The position numbers and the translations under genes were made by a program. The notes under the pieces were generated by a model that worked only from the letters and a program-made list of their open reading frames with translations, did no database searches and was not told where the DNA came from. From Dicyema japonicum (lineage: Eukaryota > Animalia > Dicyemida), in NCBI GenBank assembly GCA_011109175.1, contig RDEW01000011.1, positions 72,036 to 105,035 of the forward strand: DNA of 33,000 nt, given 5' to 3'. Below are positions 1-12,513 of this stretch, piece by piece (the first letter of the stretch is position 1; every line of letters starts with the position of its first letter).

Positions 1-369
1 AACTTAATAAGCGCATCCAATCATGTATTGCGTTAGTCCGGAGGGAATCTTCGATCGTTTTAGAAAGGGCCTCAGCAGCAACAGGTTGTACGACCTTGGG
101 AATCTTCACAGGGATAGTCCGTGAAGAACGTAATTCAGAGATGAGACGTAGAAATGTTTCAGGGTCTGTGGTTGATGGGTTATTAACGGAAGATTTAACA
201 TTGGCACGTGCACGGGGAACCTCCCTGCATAGGCCCAGGCACGACTGGCAGTGCCATACTCCAAGCACGCTCGCTGCTGCTTGGGATAGCTTGATACACC
301 CGAAGTGGAAGAAATCTCCACAAGCAGAGCAGGAGATCCCACGCTTCCAAGTTCTGATAAGCCGACAGG

Positions 370-960
370 ACGAACAATTCAATTATGATTTAGCTGGGAA
401 AATTAAAAAAATTATATCCTAATCTTTTTCATGTCAATTGCCCATATTTTTCATAATTGTTCAATGAAGGTCAGAAAATCTTATCCAGAAGTAGATGATG
501 TGATAGCTAGCGTACAAGCTTCTATTAGGAAGAACCAAAAGCGAAAATTGTTGTTTTCTGAAATTGGAATTCCTCCCAAAGTCGTATTGACGAGATGGAG
601 TACCTGGTTGAATGCTGCATCTTTTTATTCAAAAAATTTAATTCCAGTGATTAACATTTTTGAGTTAATTGAGGACGAAGGCATTTTAGTAACTTCTACG
701 AAGAATGCATTGAAAAGTGAAAAAATAGTACAGAACTTATGCGCTATTTCGCATAACTATTCACATATTCCAGGTTTTTCTTATATAGTAGTTTATCACA
801 GAAAAATATTACAAATTGAAAGTAACGAGTGTACAATAGAGTATGCATATTCGACGCTTAGTGCAATAGATTTTGGGAAAGATGAAACAGGGGTCATTTG
901 GAGAAGAGAATTTTGGAAAGCGACCTAACTAAAATTATTAATATGGAATGTAAAATTGTC
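370..960 (+). mobile_element. Degenerate hAT-like transposase fragment
   Basis: ORF 431-928 contains 'AHIFHNC' (CxxH-region-like) and 'PPKVVLTRWSTWLNAASFY' (TRW motif of hAT-related transposases); truncated, no TIRs found. Confidence 0.55.
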
Positions 961-1080
961 TCTCCTAATTTTTTTTCTTTTAAAATATTTTTATTAAGGA
1001 GGGGATCCTAATCAGGAATCTTCGTGTGTGTGTCAGGTTTGAGATCAATTCAAGTATTTCCTGATGATCCAGTGGAAAAT

Positions 1081-1284
1081 GTTCAGAAGGGCAACGTAGG
1101 GCCGAGTATGTCGTATTATCCGGTAGGAAACATGACTGACAGTGCCAATAGGAAATGACAGCCAGGGCTATTTTAGTCATTCGTTCAGAAGGGCAACGTA
1201 GGGCCGAGTATGTCGTATTATCCGGTAGGAAACATGACTGACAGTGCCAATAGGAAATGACAGCCAGGGCTATTTTAGTCATTC
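1081..1284. repeat. Perfect 102-bp tandem duplication
   Basis: 1081-1182 is identical to 1183-1284. Confidence 0.95.
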
Positions 1285-1850
1285 CGACACAATACATATG
1301 GAAGCCGTGAATGGATCATCCGCTTTCTTTTGTTCATTATATTGCGTTTTTGCAGATTTCCTCTTTTTTTGCAGTTTGCTGCATCTTCTTTAATGATTTT
1401 CCTTTCTTTTCTCTTTAAATTTTTAGGCCATAATCAATAATTAACATAAAAGTGTTTGATTTAGTCATATCAAAAAACAATAAATCAATATATAATAAAT
1501 CGATAATGCATACTCTGCAATTCAAAGACGAATTCTAAATGATTGACTGTTTTGTTCCCTATGCAATATAATAGTCGATTTATCAAAGAAATTTAAAGTG
1601 TTTCAACAAAGAATAAACCTAGAACAGCGTTTACCAAAGGAGTCCACAGGAATTTTTCAATTAAAAATCAATAAAATTATATTTATAAAAAAAATTATTT
1701 AAAATTATTTGAAGAGTTTGAGCGAAGAAAAGGACTATGACAGTTGGGTTTACTCCCATAGTTGCTCGAAGAGGAAACGAATTGGATAGAGAACATTTTA
1801 ATTAAAATCAACCTTTTAAATCAGAAAACCATATTTACAGTAAATCATAT

Positions 1851-2230
1851 TTAAAACTGCCATCCATACATAGTGGACCCCGCCGACATTATCGACGTTG
1901 CGTTGCTTCTCACGATTGCAACAGAGATCAACTGGAGTAGCCACCGGGTCTCACGTGCTTCGTGGCTTTTTAGTGTACCTAAGTGTCCAAGTTTCTTTAG
2001 GAAGCGAAGCGATTTTCCACTTATTCCTCCAGTTGTCTCGACCACTATCGGATAAAACGCGAATCGATCGCGTAGCGCTTCGTATTTCTTCTCCTTTGCC
2101 CTCATCGTTTTTTCCGCGGAATACAGTGTGTCTACCGCGCTCCCGACAATGTTGGACGGGCAAAGCGTGTCGACACAAGTAGCGTCCCAGACCAAAGGTT
2201 TCCCCNGAATATTTACCAGCCACGTGGTAA
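1851..2230 (-). mobile_element. 3' fragment of CRE-like non-LTR retrotransposon (restriction-like endonuclease)
   Basis: 'VWDATCVDT...EKKY..L...F.FYPIVVETTGG...WLLQLISVAIVRSNA' is the C-terminal REL pattern of CRE-clade elements. Confidence 0.8.
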
Positions 2231-2430
2231 ATCTCTAAAACAATTGGTTATAATCCCTAATGTTCTAGAGGGATTATTTAATGCCGAATTATTCGCGCTC
2301 GTCCGATATAACGTGAATTATTTATCGAGCTTAAATAGCAATTTTATTAAAATGAACGAAAATGTTGTTGCAGTTCGTATTGATGAGTTTGGTCGATGGA
2401 GAATATCTAGATTTTTTAAGCGACGTTAAA

Positions 2431-3109
2431 ATGGCTTCCGTATATTTACATTTTAATTCTTAGAACCAATATGTTAATTTTTTGAGAAATTTAAAATCAT
2501 GGGTGAAACGTTATTTTTTTCTAAATTTTAAGATCATCCTCCCCAAGAAAGTCATCTAATTCTAGAAGTATTAATATAAATAAATTTCAGGGTCTTTTGG
2601 TAGAAATTGAAGCACTTGACTTAGAAAATATAGATAGTGATACATCTACAGAATTTTTAGTTGTGAAATACTAACCATGTAGATTAAAATTTTTAGAGCT
2701 TTATACAATACTTTCAAGGAGATTAATGACGCAACAACCGATCCACGATCAAAAAGCCAATACGCAGTAGCGATAAATGAATTCAAAAGAATTTACGAAG
2801 GGCTAGAAACTGAGAGAGGTTTAACTCAATAATATATTTTAGCAAATGGGGTCTATTACAGTGCTGCTGACGTTTTGCTTGTATTTATATGTATAATATT
2901 TAGAATTATATTAGGGAGCACTTGGAAAGAAGACAAGTCGAAATTTTGGTAAAAAAATTACTAAATTTAGATATTTGTAATAGATGCCGTGATATATTAT
3001 TTTCTGGCAATAGGTGACGCAGAGACGGATACTAGCTATGTTCAGAGTTACCTATTTTTCTAAATCTGCAGAAAAACATGAACTCAAATTCAAAATCCTT
3101 ACGGGCTAA
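2431..3109 (+). CDS. Unrecognised ~163-aa protein, 9 exons and 8 micro-introns (not in ORF track)
   Basis: Removing GT-AG introns 2440-2463, 2510-2532, 2568-2590, 2660-2682, 2819-2842, 2881-2903, 2949-2970 and 3047-3071 (22-25 nt) leaves a 492-nt stop-free frame from ATG 2431 to TAA 3109 (MASNQYVNFLRNLKSWVKHHPPQESHLILEGLLVEIEALD...). An additional intron at 2989-3013 would give a different C-terminus. Confidence 0.75.
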
Positions 3110-3114
3110 AAAAA

Positions 3115-3530
3115 CTCATGCACTCGTGATGGAATTCAATCCTTTTTGAAAGTTTTTTATATAAAAAAATTGATGAATATGGAAAAAAACAATATTTTCA
3201 ATCTTGATGAAAACTTGTCTTTTTATTAAAAAAAAAGACCTCAAGAAAATCATTTGTACAAAAAAAATAAAAATTCGTCAGGGTCTAAAATAACTGAGGA
3301 ACACATTTCTTTGCTCTTCTGTTGTAGTTATTCTGGCGAAAAAATTTGATCCTTTATTAATTGGGAAATTTAAAAATCCCAGATGTTTCAGAAATTTTAA
3401 CCCAAGGATTATGGTTTTGTGTACTCGTCATCTAGAAATTTTAATAAATGAACGAATGAATATTGAAAAGAGAAAAAAAAGACGACGATCAAAGAAGTAG
3501 TACAAAAATTAATGAATTGAAAGAATCAGT
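3115..3530 (+). mobile_element. Degenerate Tigger/pogo transposase fragment
   Basis: Frameshifted 'NIFNLDE', 'GSKITEEHISLLFCCSYSGEK' and 'PLLIGKFKNPRCFRN' match pogo/Tigger DDE motifs; a possible continuation lies after 5848 ('RIDDYF'). Confidence 0.75.
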
Positions 3531-4708
3531 TCTATACCATTTTCAGTTCAATCCATTTTGACTTTGCGATGTTCTATTTTGACATTTTTTGCATCAATTT
3601 TGACTTTTATAACATAAACCGTTTATCATAGTTGATCCAAATACGATTTGTGATTTATTTTATATTTTTTGATTCGTTTTTTGTACCAATTTTATGTCAA
3701 GAAAAAATTCAAGAATATCAGAAGCTACGAGAAGAGCAATTATAAATAAGGATGAAGAGGGTGGCGATTATATACAGCTTGCTCGAGATCTTGGAGTTAA
3801 GAGGACAACAGCTATAGCCATCGTAAAGTGGAAATCCGTATGTTTGTAAACGTGGAGGTAGAAGAGATGCTACGATTAAACTTACGGATGATATGAATTT
3901 GATAATTGAAAATTTTGAGAATAATCCATCGATGACATTGAAGGAAATACGAACATTGGTAAATAATATAGTTTGTGTTGCGACAATATACAACCGACTT
4001 GATGGCCAATTGATTATCTACAAGATGATGCGAAGAGAGCCAATTTCCAGGAATAGTCTGGAAAATATAGAAAAAATAAAAATATTTGCATTGGATTATC
4101 AACTAATAAATAGAAAAATACATTTGGACGAAACAAATTTCAATCTCTTTACATTAAAAAAAGATCCCATCACGTGCGATAGTTCCAGTAAGGGCAAGCA
4201 AAGGGGTGAATCTCAACGGTATTTTAACAAATGATGACAATGGAACAATTGTGAGAATTGAATCACACATTGGATCTATAAAATCGAAATTTATACATTT
4301 TATGACGGCATTATCTGACAGTTTAGCTGGAGAGGAAATTATTATTTATATGGATAATGTTCCAATCCATAGAAAACAAGGAAATATGAAGTCATAGGAG
4401 TAGAACATACTATGCGAAGATTTGACGCATCATATTCTCCTCAACTTAATCCATGCAGAGGCTGTTTTTCCATTCTTAAGGCTAGGATAAAGACGTATTT
4501 ATATAATCACAACAATCCCCATAATGATGTTATTGAAGCAGGAAATGGAACCCTGACCGAATTTCGAGCTCAATTAATACAAAATGCTTTGGACTATTCT
4601 CTAACACATCTAACGCGGGAGAAAATACGACATTTTTACAGGAATGTTGAAAAAATAAATGGAAATTGTACGCTTGGGATTCCATTATATGATTAAGTTG
4701 TTAATTAA

Positions 4709-5673
4709 TGTCGTATGTGATAGCGTCCGGGCTGTTGATACTGTCCGAGTTGATAAGACAAATTTATCTCTAAAAAACATTAACAACCACTAATTTTTGC
4801 TTCGAAAGATCTGTTCCCTCAAAAAATAAAAAAATTTTATTTTGAGTCAATAAAGCGATTAATCGTGAAAATGGTAGAAAATAGAAGAGGTCGAAGGATC
4901 GGTCCCTTGTTCCCTCAAAAAATAAAAAAATTTTATTTTGAGTCAATAAAGCGATTAATCGTGAAAAGGGTCGAAAATAGAAGAGGTCGAAGGATCGGTC
5001 CTTGTTCCCTCAAAAAATAAAAAATTTTATTTTGAGTCAATAAAGCGATTAATCGTGAAAAGGGTCGAAAATAGAAGAGGTAGAAGGATCGGTCCCTTGT
5101 TCCCTCAAAAAATAAAAAAAATTTATTTTGAGTCAATAAAGCGATTAATCGTGAAAAGGGTCGAAAATAGAAGAGGTCGAAGGATCGGTCCCTTGTTCCC
5201 TCAAAAAATAAAAAATTTTATTTTGAGTCTATAAAGCGATTAAGCTTGAAATGGGTTGAAAAAGAGTTTTGTAACACTGAAGTTTTAGCATTATTATGTG
5301 ATCGGGGGATAATGGCGATTCATGGTAGACCAAGACACTCTCAATCACAAGGGCAGGTGGAACGCTAAAAACCTTTTCTTCGCTCACACTCTTCTCTTGA
5401 ATTTCTTCATAATCAGACCTAGATTAAATATTTTTTATCCCTTCATTAAGTTTATCATAACGCCGCGAAACGTCGACTTCGTTCCTAAATGATACAATCA
5501 TGCACTCCAAAGTCTTCCTGAGATTTTACTTTTCTATATTCCTTGGGGATTTAACTTCTCTCTATTTTGTTTCTTTTGAGACAAAACTTAGTGGTTGTTA
5601 ATGTTTTCAAGTGATAAATTTGTCTTATCAACCCGGACAGTATCAACGCCCCGGGTTTTTATGACATACGACA
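4709..5673 (+). mobile_element. Non-autonomous Ginger-like (retroviral-integrase-type) DNA element nested in the Tc1 element
   Basis: ~90-bp imperfect TIRs with TGTCGTATGT...ACATACGACA termini; residual integrase motif 'HGRPRHSQSQGQVER' at ~5321-5365; flanks ttaa/ttta are an imperfect 4-bp TSD. Confidence 0.75.
4813..5262. repeat. Tandem array, 95-96 bp unit, ~4.7 copies
   Basis: Units start at 4813, 4909, 5004, 5099 and 5195 (gttccctcaaaaaataaaaaa...gaaggatcggtccctt). Confidence 0.95.
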
Positions 5674-6019
5674 TTTAATATTGTTAATTGCACTGTTAAA
5701 ATAGATTTAAAAAATGTTAAAATTGAATATTGCATTGTTAAAATTGATGCAAAAAATGTCAGTATTGCTCATCTCATTGTCAATGATGAATATTGCTTTG
5801 TCAAAATAGATTTAAAAATGTCAGAATTGAACTGAAAATGGTGTAGATATTGCTCCAAGTTCGTTAAGGATTTTTTACTGCTTCAGACAAAATTTATTCA
5901 GTAGTTTAAAGAAAAACTATGGATATGGAAATAGAATTGATGATTATTTTTCAATAAATAGTGATTTCACGTATCACGTATGATCAGATTTTTACTCTCC
6001 AACACATCGCTATCAGTGC

Positions 6020-6950
6020 GCGTGGAAAATTACAACTCAACAAGAATTAAAACTGACACCAGCGCACCACAGGAAGACTCGTTATTCCCGGTCTTATTCA
6101 TAATATACCTGGAGGCAGCTCTAAGACCTCTCCGGAAAAAAACTGTTTCACTAACGTGATGGAAGCAATCTACGCCGATGATATTGATTTCGTCTGCCGG
6201 GATAGGGATATGCTGGAAACTATACTAAAAGTGATCCCTCAAGGCTTGGAGGACTGGTCCCTGGTAGTAAACCCAGACAAAACGGAAAGAACTAGCATAT
6301 CCCGTTGCATGACGAGAAACATAGAAAAGTGGAACATGCAAGAAAGTGGATCTCTCTTCGGGGACTCAGAGGACGTTATTCACAGGAAAGTTCTGGCAGT
6401 TGCTTCTTTCAAAAAATTGTGGGCGATCTGGATGCGACGAAAATACATAGACACTCGCCTTCGAATTCGATTGTACAACTCCTTTATCGAGCCAATTCTA
6501 CTTTATAACGCGGGGACCTGGGGCCTAACACCAAAGAACTGGAAAACCTCGACTCTTTCCACAGAAACAACTGCGACTTCTTCTGGGAGTCTATTGGCCA
6601 TAACGGATAACCAACGACGAGCTATATAGAATTACTAAAACAACAAGATTAGGGATAAAGTTCTGCGAAATGGCAGCTTTTTGGACATATCCAAGAGCTT
6701 CGGAAATGGCACCCCCCAATCAGGCCATGGAATCATTCTTTTCTCTATTAAACAAACCAACGTATCGAGGTTGACAAAGAACAACATTGCCGTTGATGCT
6801 CAACAAAGAATTCACTTTGATAAGAAGAAAATTGAAAGCAGGAGAGGATCTGGATGATCTGAGGGCAGATACGAGAAACATGGGAGGATGGAAACAACTC
6901 ATAACACATATCCAGAGATGCATGGCAAAAGTGGAATTACAAATTAGTTA
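6020..6950 (+). mobile_element. 5'-truncated, degenerate RTE-like LINE (RT C-terminal half)
   Basis: 'PQEDSLFPVLFIIYLEAAL', 'IYADDID' and 'LRIRLYNSFIEPILLYNAGTW'; several frameshifts. Confidence 0.8.
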
Positions 6951-6979
6951 ACTTTTCTGATTCCGCGGACATTGCTATT

Positions 6980-7690
6980 AATAATTATTATTCTTTCATC
7001 TTGAATTCTGGCAAGCGATGACCTTGATGGCCTCAATAGAATTATTTATTCAAATCTGAAGACACATGAAGAGTGCAGTTGGATAGGCATAAGAATACTG
7101 TCAAAAGTGGAATGTACCCTTCGCAACAGTCAGGCAAAAGAAAATAATGCCTGAAGAAAGTTCGAAGAAGTTAAAATAAAAATAATAATTAATGAATTCA
7201 CAAACAGACTGAAGGCCGAACTTTCAGAACGCTCATGCCGCATATGTAAGCTTGCTGACAAGTTTTCATTTTTTGTAAAACTGAATTCAATTGATGTTGA
7301 AAACAAGAACCTTGAAACGACTTTGCGACTGACGTGAGTTCTTTTCTCTTCGAAGAAATCGTTGATTGTCTTTCTAAGTGGAAACGCAAAGGATAAAATG
7401 CGAAGTATTTTTTTGCTCCATTAGTTGAGCATAGCTGGGATGTTTTTCCAACTTTGTGCATTGCAAATCGTTTATTAATCACAGTTGGCTACTCAATTGA
7501 ATGTTGCTAAGGTTCTTTTTCAAAGTTAAACATATACAAACACATTTGAGGTCTTCGGTGTCAGATTAGGAAGTTTATCTTTGATCAGCATTGAAAAGAA
7601 ATTCCTGACAAGCGAGGTGAAAGAAGCTGTGGTACAGACATTTTTTACAGCAAAAAAGCGATTGGTCATGGAAGTAAGTGACTTTTTATT
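6980..7690 (+). mobile_element. Degenerate hAT transposase C-terminus (dimerisation region)
   Basis: 'IANRLLITVGYSIECC*GSFSKLN' and 'RLGSLSLISIEKK...VVQTFFTAKKR' resemble the hAT 'ERSFS.L...RL..L..I.IE' motif; the 5' boundary is approximate. Confidence 0.6.
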
Positions 7691-8269
7691 GTTTATTATT
7701 ATCCCAAAAACACCAATAGTTAATTTAATTACTTAAATTAATTAAGTGATCTCAACAGCCTCATCAGATTTCTCATCCCTCTTTGTGCGCCTTCTGGGAT
7801 CTAACACAGCTTCTCTGTGGGCGGGATTATTTGGGAGGTAGAAATTTGAGCGGGGTGATGTACCTTCTCATAAGACACGTCCTGGCTGTGTACTGTTGGG
7901 AGTTGCACTGCTTTCACAGGGTAGCAAATCCCTTACATTTTGCCGGATTTGGTCTTCAAGTGATGAATGGATTAGTTTTTCTAGTTTCCAGAGATTACTA
8001 ATAGTAGTGGTTGCAAGGACTGAATGTCTCTGATTTTTTGTTTGTTCGTCTAGGACAGATTGATTCCCATGACGCAGATGCATAACTGACAGATGGCTTA
8101 ATTAATTGTCTGTACAATAATTTCAATGCCGGAAAGGGGGTCTTAATGCCACCAAAAATAGATTTGATTACTACCAGCTTCCGGAGATGCCATTGGCATG
8201 AGAGGAAAAGGACATGTGTGTAGAATGATCCCCAGATTTACAGTTTCTTCGTGTATTCTTGTCGGTTGG

Positions 8270-8773
8270 GAATCAAATACCAGATAATCCTGGGAGTTAC
8301 TTTTGACACCTTCTTAACCTTTACAAAACATGTCGAAAATATGTTACTGACTTGTACGAGGAAAATCAACATCCTGAAGGCGTTCTTGGGAAACTTAAAA
8401 GACAAAAAAGATCTGAGTGGTCTGGATGTCATATACAGACAGTTCACCGAGGATATAATATGATACGCATGTAATATCTGGGGATCTAACCTTTCTGCAA
8501 CGAATTTGGACAAGATATGCAATATTCAAGTTAAGGCAGCAAACCTAATAAGGAAATATTCCCGAGTGGAAATCCTGCTAGAAACCTAGAAAATATGATA
8601 TAGGCGACTGGAACAGTGCCCCTGCGAAGGACCCCGTCCATATCGGAAATGCGCAGGAACGCAGTCGGAACACCGAGAAAAGATGCGGAGACTGTTGAGG
8701 AGGCTGGGATCACCTGAATTTTGTTTATTTTGGATATGACGGTAGTTTTTTGGTTCAATAATAATAATAATAA
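8270..8773 (+). mobile_element. Internally deleted Jockey/I-like LINE 3' fragment with (TAA)n tail
   Basis: 'ILGVTFDTFLTFTKHV', 'IYRQF...YACNIW', C-terminus 'EEAGIT*', then a taa repeat at ~8757-8773. Confidence 0.7.
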
Positions 8774-8799
8774 ATTTTTGTCGGTTGATAAATAAATCC

Positions 8800-9530
8800 A
8801 CAGTCATATTTCCAAGTCGTTCGTCTGAGGTAAATAAGGACGATGATTTATCAGTAGATATATCAAGCCGGTTTTAATTTAGTCAAATTTGAATCTTGTG
8901 AAGATATGTTTGTAGTCTTTATGATGCATTTGGGAGATCTTGATAGCGGGATCCGACTAATAGGTCATCAGCATATGATAGGAGGAATTCGTCTTTATTA
9001 TAGGGTTTTGGTAAATCGGACATATATATGTTAAATAAGGTGATAAAAGAGAACCTTGTGGGAGACCATAGTAATCTTGAAACTGATTCGGTTCCATCCG
9101 TGTATGCGGAATATCAGCATGTCAAAGTTTAGTTGAGCTTGATCATCGTATATTTTGAATAGTCATTCCAATATGCTTTTTATAGTTAAAAAACGAAACA
9201 GCCTCTTTCTTGTAGTAAAGAATTTTTTTGATGTGAATAATGATGGGATTGTGGTAAAAAGATAATCCATAACGAACGTGCACGATGTGTCCGGTACAAG
9301 GTTTTTAGAGCAGAAGGTAATGTCTGCCGTCAGTCTTTGTGCGAGATTTTGTCAAGGCATTTAGGTCCTTTTGGCTGAAGTCATATTTGGGAGGTTTCTC
9401 ATCTTCCCCGAAGTGTTACGAATTATTTTCCAGACTTTGGCTGTCGAATGATTACGGTTTAAGGCCTTAAGATTTTGGAAGAGTAGATAGCTAGCTTCAA
9501 CTTTCAAAACTCATTCTGCTGGTTAGAGTG
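8800..9530 (-). mobile_element. Degenerate LINE reverse transcriptase fragment
   Basis: Minus-strand 'GLPQGSLLSP' (~9040-9070) and 'SYADDL' (~8960-8980) with stops and frameshifts; boundaries approximate. Confidence 0.65.
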
Positions 9531-9623
9531 GCCAGAAGTCACATAGAATCATACGGTCGATATTTTTTAGTTAAAATTATGTTTTGTTATGGAGTTTTGA
9601 TTAAAAGTAATTTTTAAATAAAT

Positions 9624-12437
9624 CCCACTTTATTTAACAAACAATAAAAAAGTTAATATACTTAATCAACAACCTTCCTCGCCTGCCTGTTCGCCAGCCT
9701 CCTCAGGCAGGTTCGATTCTGGTTGCTGAAACAACTCCGAGAGCGCTTGTCCAATTGAACCCTCTGCCCATATGGCATATCAGGGCTCTGCCTCCTATAC
9801 TCCAGTGTCAGGCTCTCTAGGGTCCGCTTTAACACAGTGGACTGTAGATAGGCCTGGAGCTTCCTATCTACCCCCAACTGCTTCAGATAACTTTTGTGGT
9901 ACTTTGTTGCAATTCCTTTCCACGTCATTACTATAGGAATAACGAGGACCTTGCAACCAAGCATCTGCCCGATCTCGTTTGCAAGAAAGTCATACTTCCT
10001 TTTTTTCTCCACCTCCACAGTCTGCAAACGGTCTTGAGACGTGATGCCAACCTCTATGATAAGGACTTGGCCAGACTCCTTATCGTGTACCACAATGTCT
10101 GGTTTATTGTGCTTGACTAGTAACACTGTCTACCTTAATTTGGACCCTGGTGTTCTCTATTACAGATTGCACCTTATGAGTCCGCAACTTTCTGGTGTGG
10201 CGAATACCATACTTATTGCATAGTAGAAGATGAAGACTCCTTACTACCTCGTTGTGCCTCCACACATAGTCGTGGCAGAGCATGGATCCACATCGAGTGG
10301 CTAAATGATCAACCGACATGCTCCTTGACTTACAGTGGGGACATGTATTTGTTGATCGACCCCAAAAAATATTGCGGTCTTGCATATACGTGTACAACGC
10401 CTCCGATCGAGGTGAGTTGTCACCGTATTTTAGCCATATTGTCGACGACTTAAGGTCGACATGTGGGTTGTCCAATGCTCTGAAGAGGACCTTATGAAGG
10501 CTTTTTAAGTTGATCTTTTCCATCAAATTATTATATTGTAATTCGATCAACGCCTTCACATTTACTAGCCCACCATCATCAACACCATACTTAGCAGACA
10601 AAAAAGGTCTGATAGTGCCTAGGTGGGTTGCCCGTGTTTTCTCGGTCGTTATTATGGCGTGCTTCCTAGCAGACACACTTGACCCAGCTATCAGGGTGTC
10701 GTGCATTCGCATTAGGATGCGCTCACTTAGTTGGACTACTCCACACAGTCCACGGCCGAATTTATCACGGGGTAAATATAGTCTCTCCTTATTGGCTGCC
10801 AGCACATGGACATGGTTCTCTCTGAGTACTCCACCGATCATAACATCCATCTCATCATACTCTTTGGGCTCAAACTCCACAACACCTATGTAGTAGTTTA
10901 GCAGCGAGACAGCATACTCATTTAATGCTAGGAACAAATTCCTTGCATTTAGAGACGTCTTACACAATAACGCTGCTCTTTTACGGATGCCTTCAGTAAT
11001 TTGTCGCTTTGTCTCAAGTATTATAAGGGACTTTGGAGATTCGGTAACACCCATTACTTATATCCTTCGTGTTCCTCTAGGACTCTTACTAACTCGCTAC
11101 ATACTTGCGCGTTAGTCGCAGACTTTGAATAATTCAAATCTAGCCCTATACTCTCAAAGAATTCCCTGCACAGACGGGTTAGGTTAGTGATGAATCGTTT
11201 CCGGGTTAGTGATGCTTTTCTGTAATACACGACACATAGACTCGTGTAATGAAGTGCATCTTTTGATAAAGAAATTATAAACTTTATCGACCCCGGTCGT
11301 TTCCAATCAGAGAGATGTCTCACTACCGCCTCAAATTTCTTGCGAAAATCGAAAATTCCGCCAAGAAAGGAGCGGCGCTGTACGGGACATTCCACGCATT
11401 TCCTCTGCGTGGTTTAGCCTCCCACATACTACCCATGTGGAAAGCATTTCCGCGTCCTGCTGGGAACATACACTATGGCCATTTTCGTGTAGGCGACGGT
11501 AAAACAATCTGCGATTAAACTCAAACAGATTATTTTCTCTCCTTCTCTTACACCGACTTTCATGTGTATAGAGTTTCCTCTTATACACCATTATTGCCCC
11601 CTTTAACTCCACCTTTGCCCTCTCAACTCTTTGAGGTCCATTTGGGAACACGGAGTTTACTAATTAGCCCCTTTACTATAGCCGGTGCTTTTCCTCTAAC
11701 CCTCTCGCCACACTACTTATGTGCCCCTCCAGTGCTTCCAGACCAGTCTGTCTCCAAGCAATCTTGGCACAGATCTGCTCCCTCCATTTACTGGGTGGTC
11801 TGGGCTTGTCCGTCAATTCCTCATAGGTGATCTGTGCTGCATACAGCACTAGGGAGATGTCACCCAGTGACCCTACTGGCTTAGCCTCCACCGCATAAGC
11901 CACAGCCTTATTGATGCAGGTTAACACTACACCGTTAACCTTACAATGAGGAATCTTGCGGGTAAATCTACGGTCCTCAAGTTGGACATCTGCCGCTGCA
12001 GCGAGATTCCGCGCGAAGACCTCATAAACATGCTTGAGCTGCAACGTATCACAGCTCTGGTGCTCGTGCTCTCTTTGACATTTGTGGTCACCTGGTCCCC
12101 GCCCCTTTAGACCAGTACCCTCTTTGCCTACAGCCATCTTCTTGAGTTTACTCACAGATATAGCAGTACTGAATCTGCCACTGCAGAGCTCCGCCAAGTA
12201 TGGCCAACCATTCCAGGGCATTCGAGATAGCCTGCTACGTACCTGCAGGACTACCATCCTCGCCCATTCTTTTGGGTCATCTGCCACAACGCTCTCGGAT
12301 ATGGCAAGAATTACATTCATACCATCAGGTAACGCAAGTGACCCTTCTCCTTATTTCCTTTCAACATTTTTGCCAACTCGAGAGAGTTTTAACGCCACCG
12401 AATCGAAGCACGTTGCATGTTTAAACACACTGACTTA
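9624..12437 (-). mobile_element. REL-endonuclease non-LTR retrotransposon (R4/NeSL/R2-group-like), degenerate, RT core deleted
   Basis: 'RLYLPRDKFGRGL', CCHC knuckle 'CPHC...VDHLATRC', 'RHNEV', 'KPDIVV...IIEV...EKKRKY'. No YADD-like core is visible, and there are frameshifts near 10110, 11054 and 11330-11670. Confidence 0.9.
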
Positions 12438-12513
12438 GATAAAATAAAAGTAATTTTAATATATTTATTACAAAATTTAATTATTTAAAATATTTAAATA
12501 AAAAATTTAAATA

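Larger units (their letters stand above)
3531..5847 (+). mobile_element. Tc1/IS630-like DNA transposon with TIRs, frameshifted transposase 3694-4696
   Basis: Left end tctataccattttcagttcaat (3531) mirrors right end attgaactgaaaatggtgtaga (to 5847, followed by TA). The ORF pieces show an HTH-like N-terminus, 'IHLDETNF', 'IYMDNVPIH' and 'YSPQLNPC'. Confidence 0.85.

Noticed and set aside
1-365. ORF 96-422 as a gene
   Set aside because: No recognisable family; only weak resemblance to decayed CRE-like sequence.
1055-1090. Hammerhead-like core CTGATGA...GAAA
   Set aside because: Stems I and III and a cleavage triplet cannot be formed; a similar minus-strand CTGACGA near 15450 lacks GAAA.
4813-5262. 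CRISPR-like array
   Set aside because: Units are near-identical along their whole length with no unique spacers, there are no cas genes, and the array sits inside a eukaryotic TIR element.
10510-12438. Plus-strand ORFs 10510-10893, 11564-11830 and 12082-12438
   Set aside because: Antisense shadows of the GC-richer retroelement ORF.
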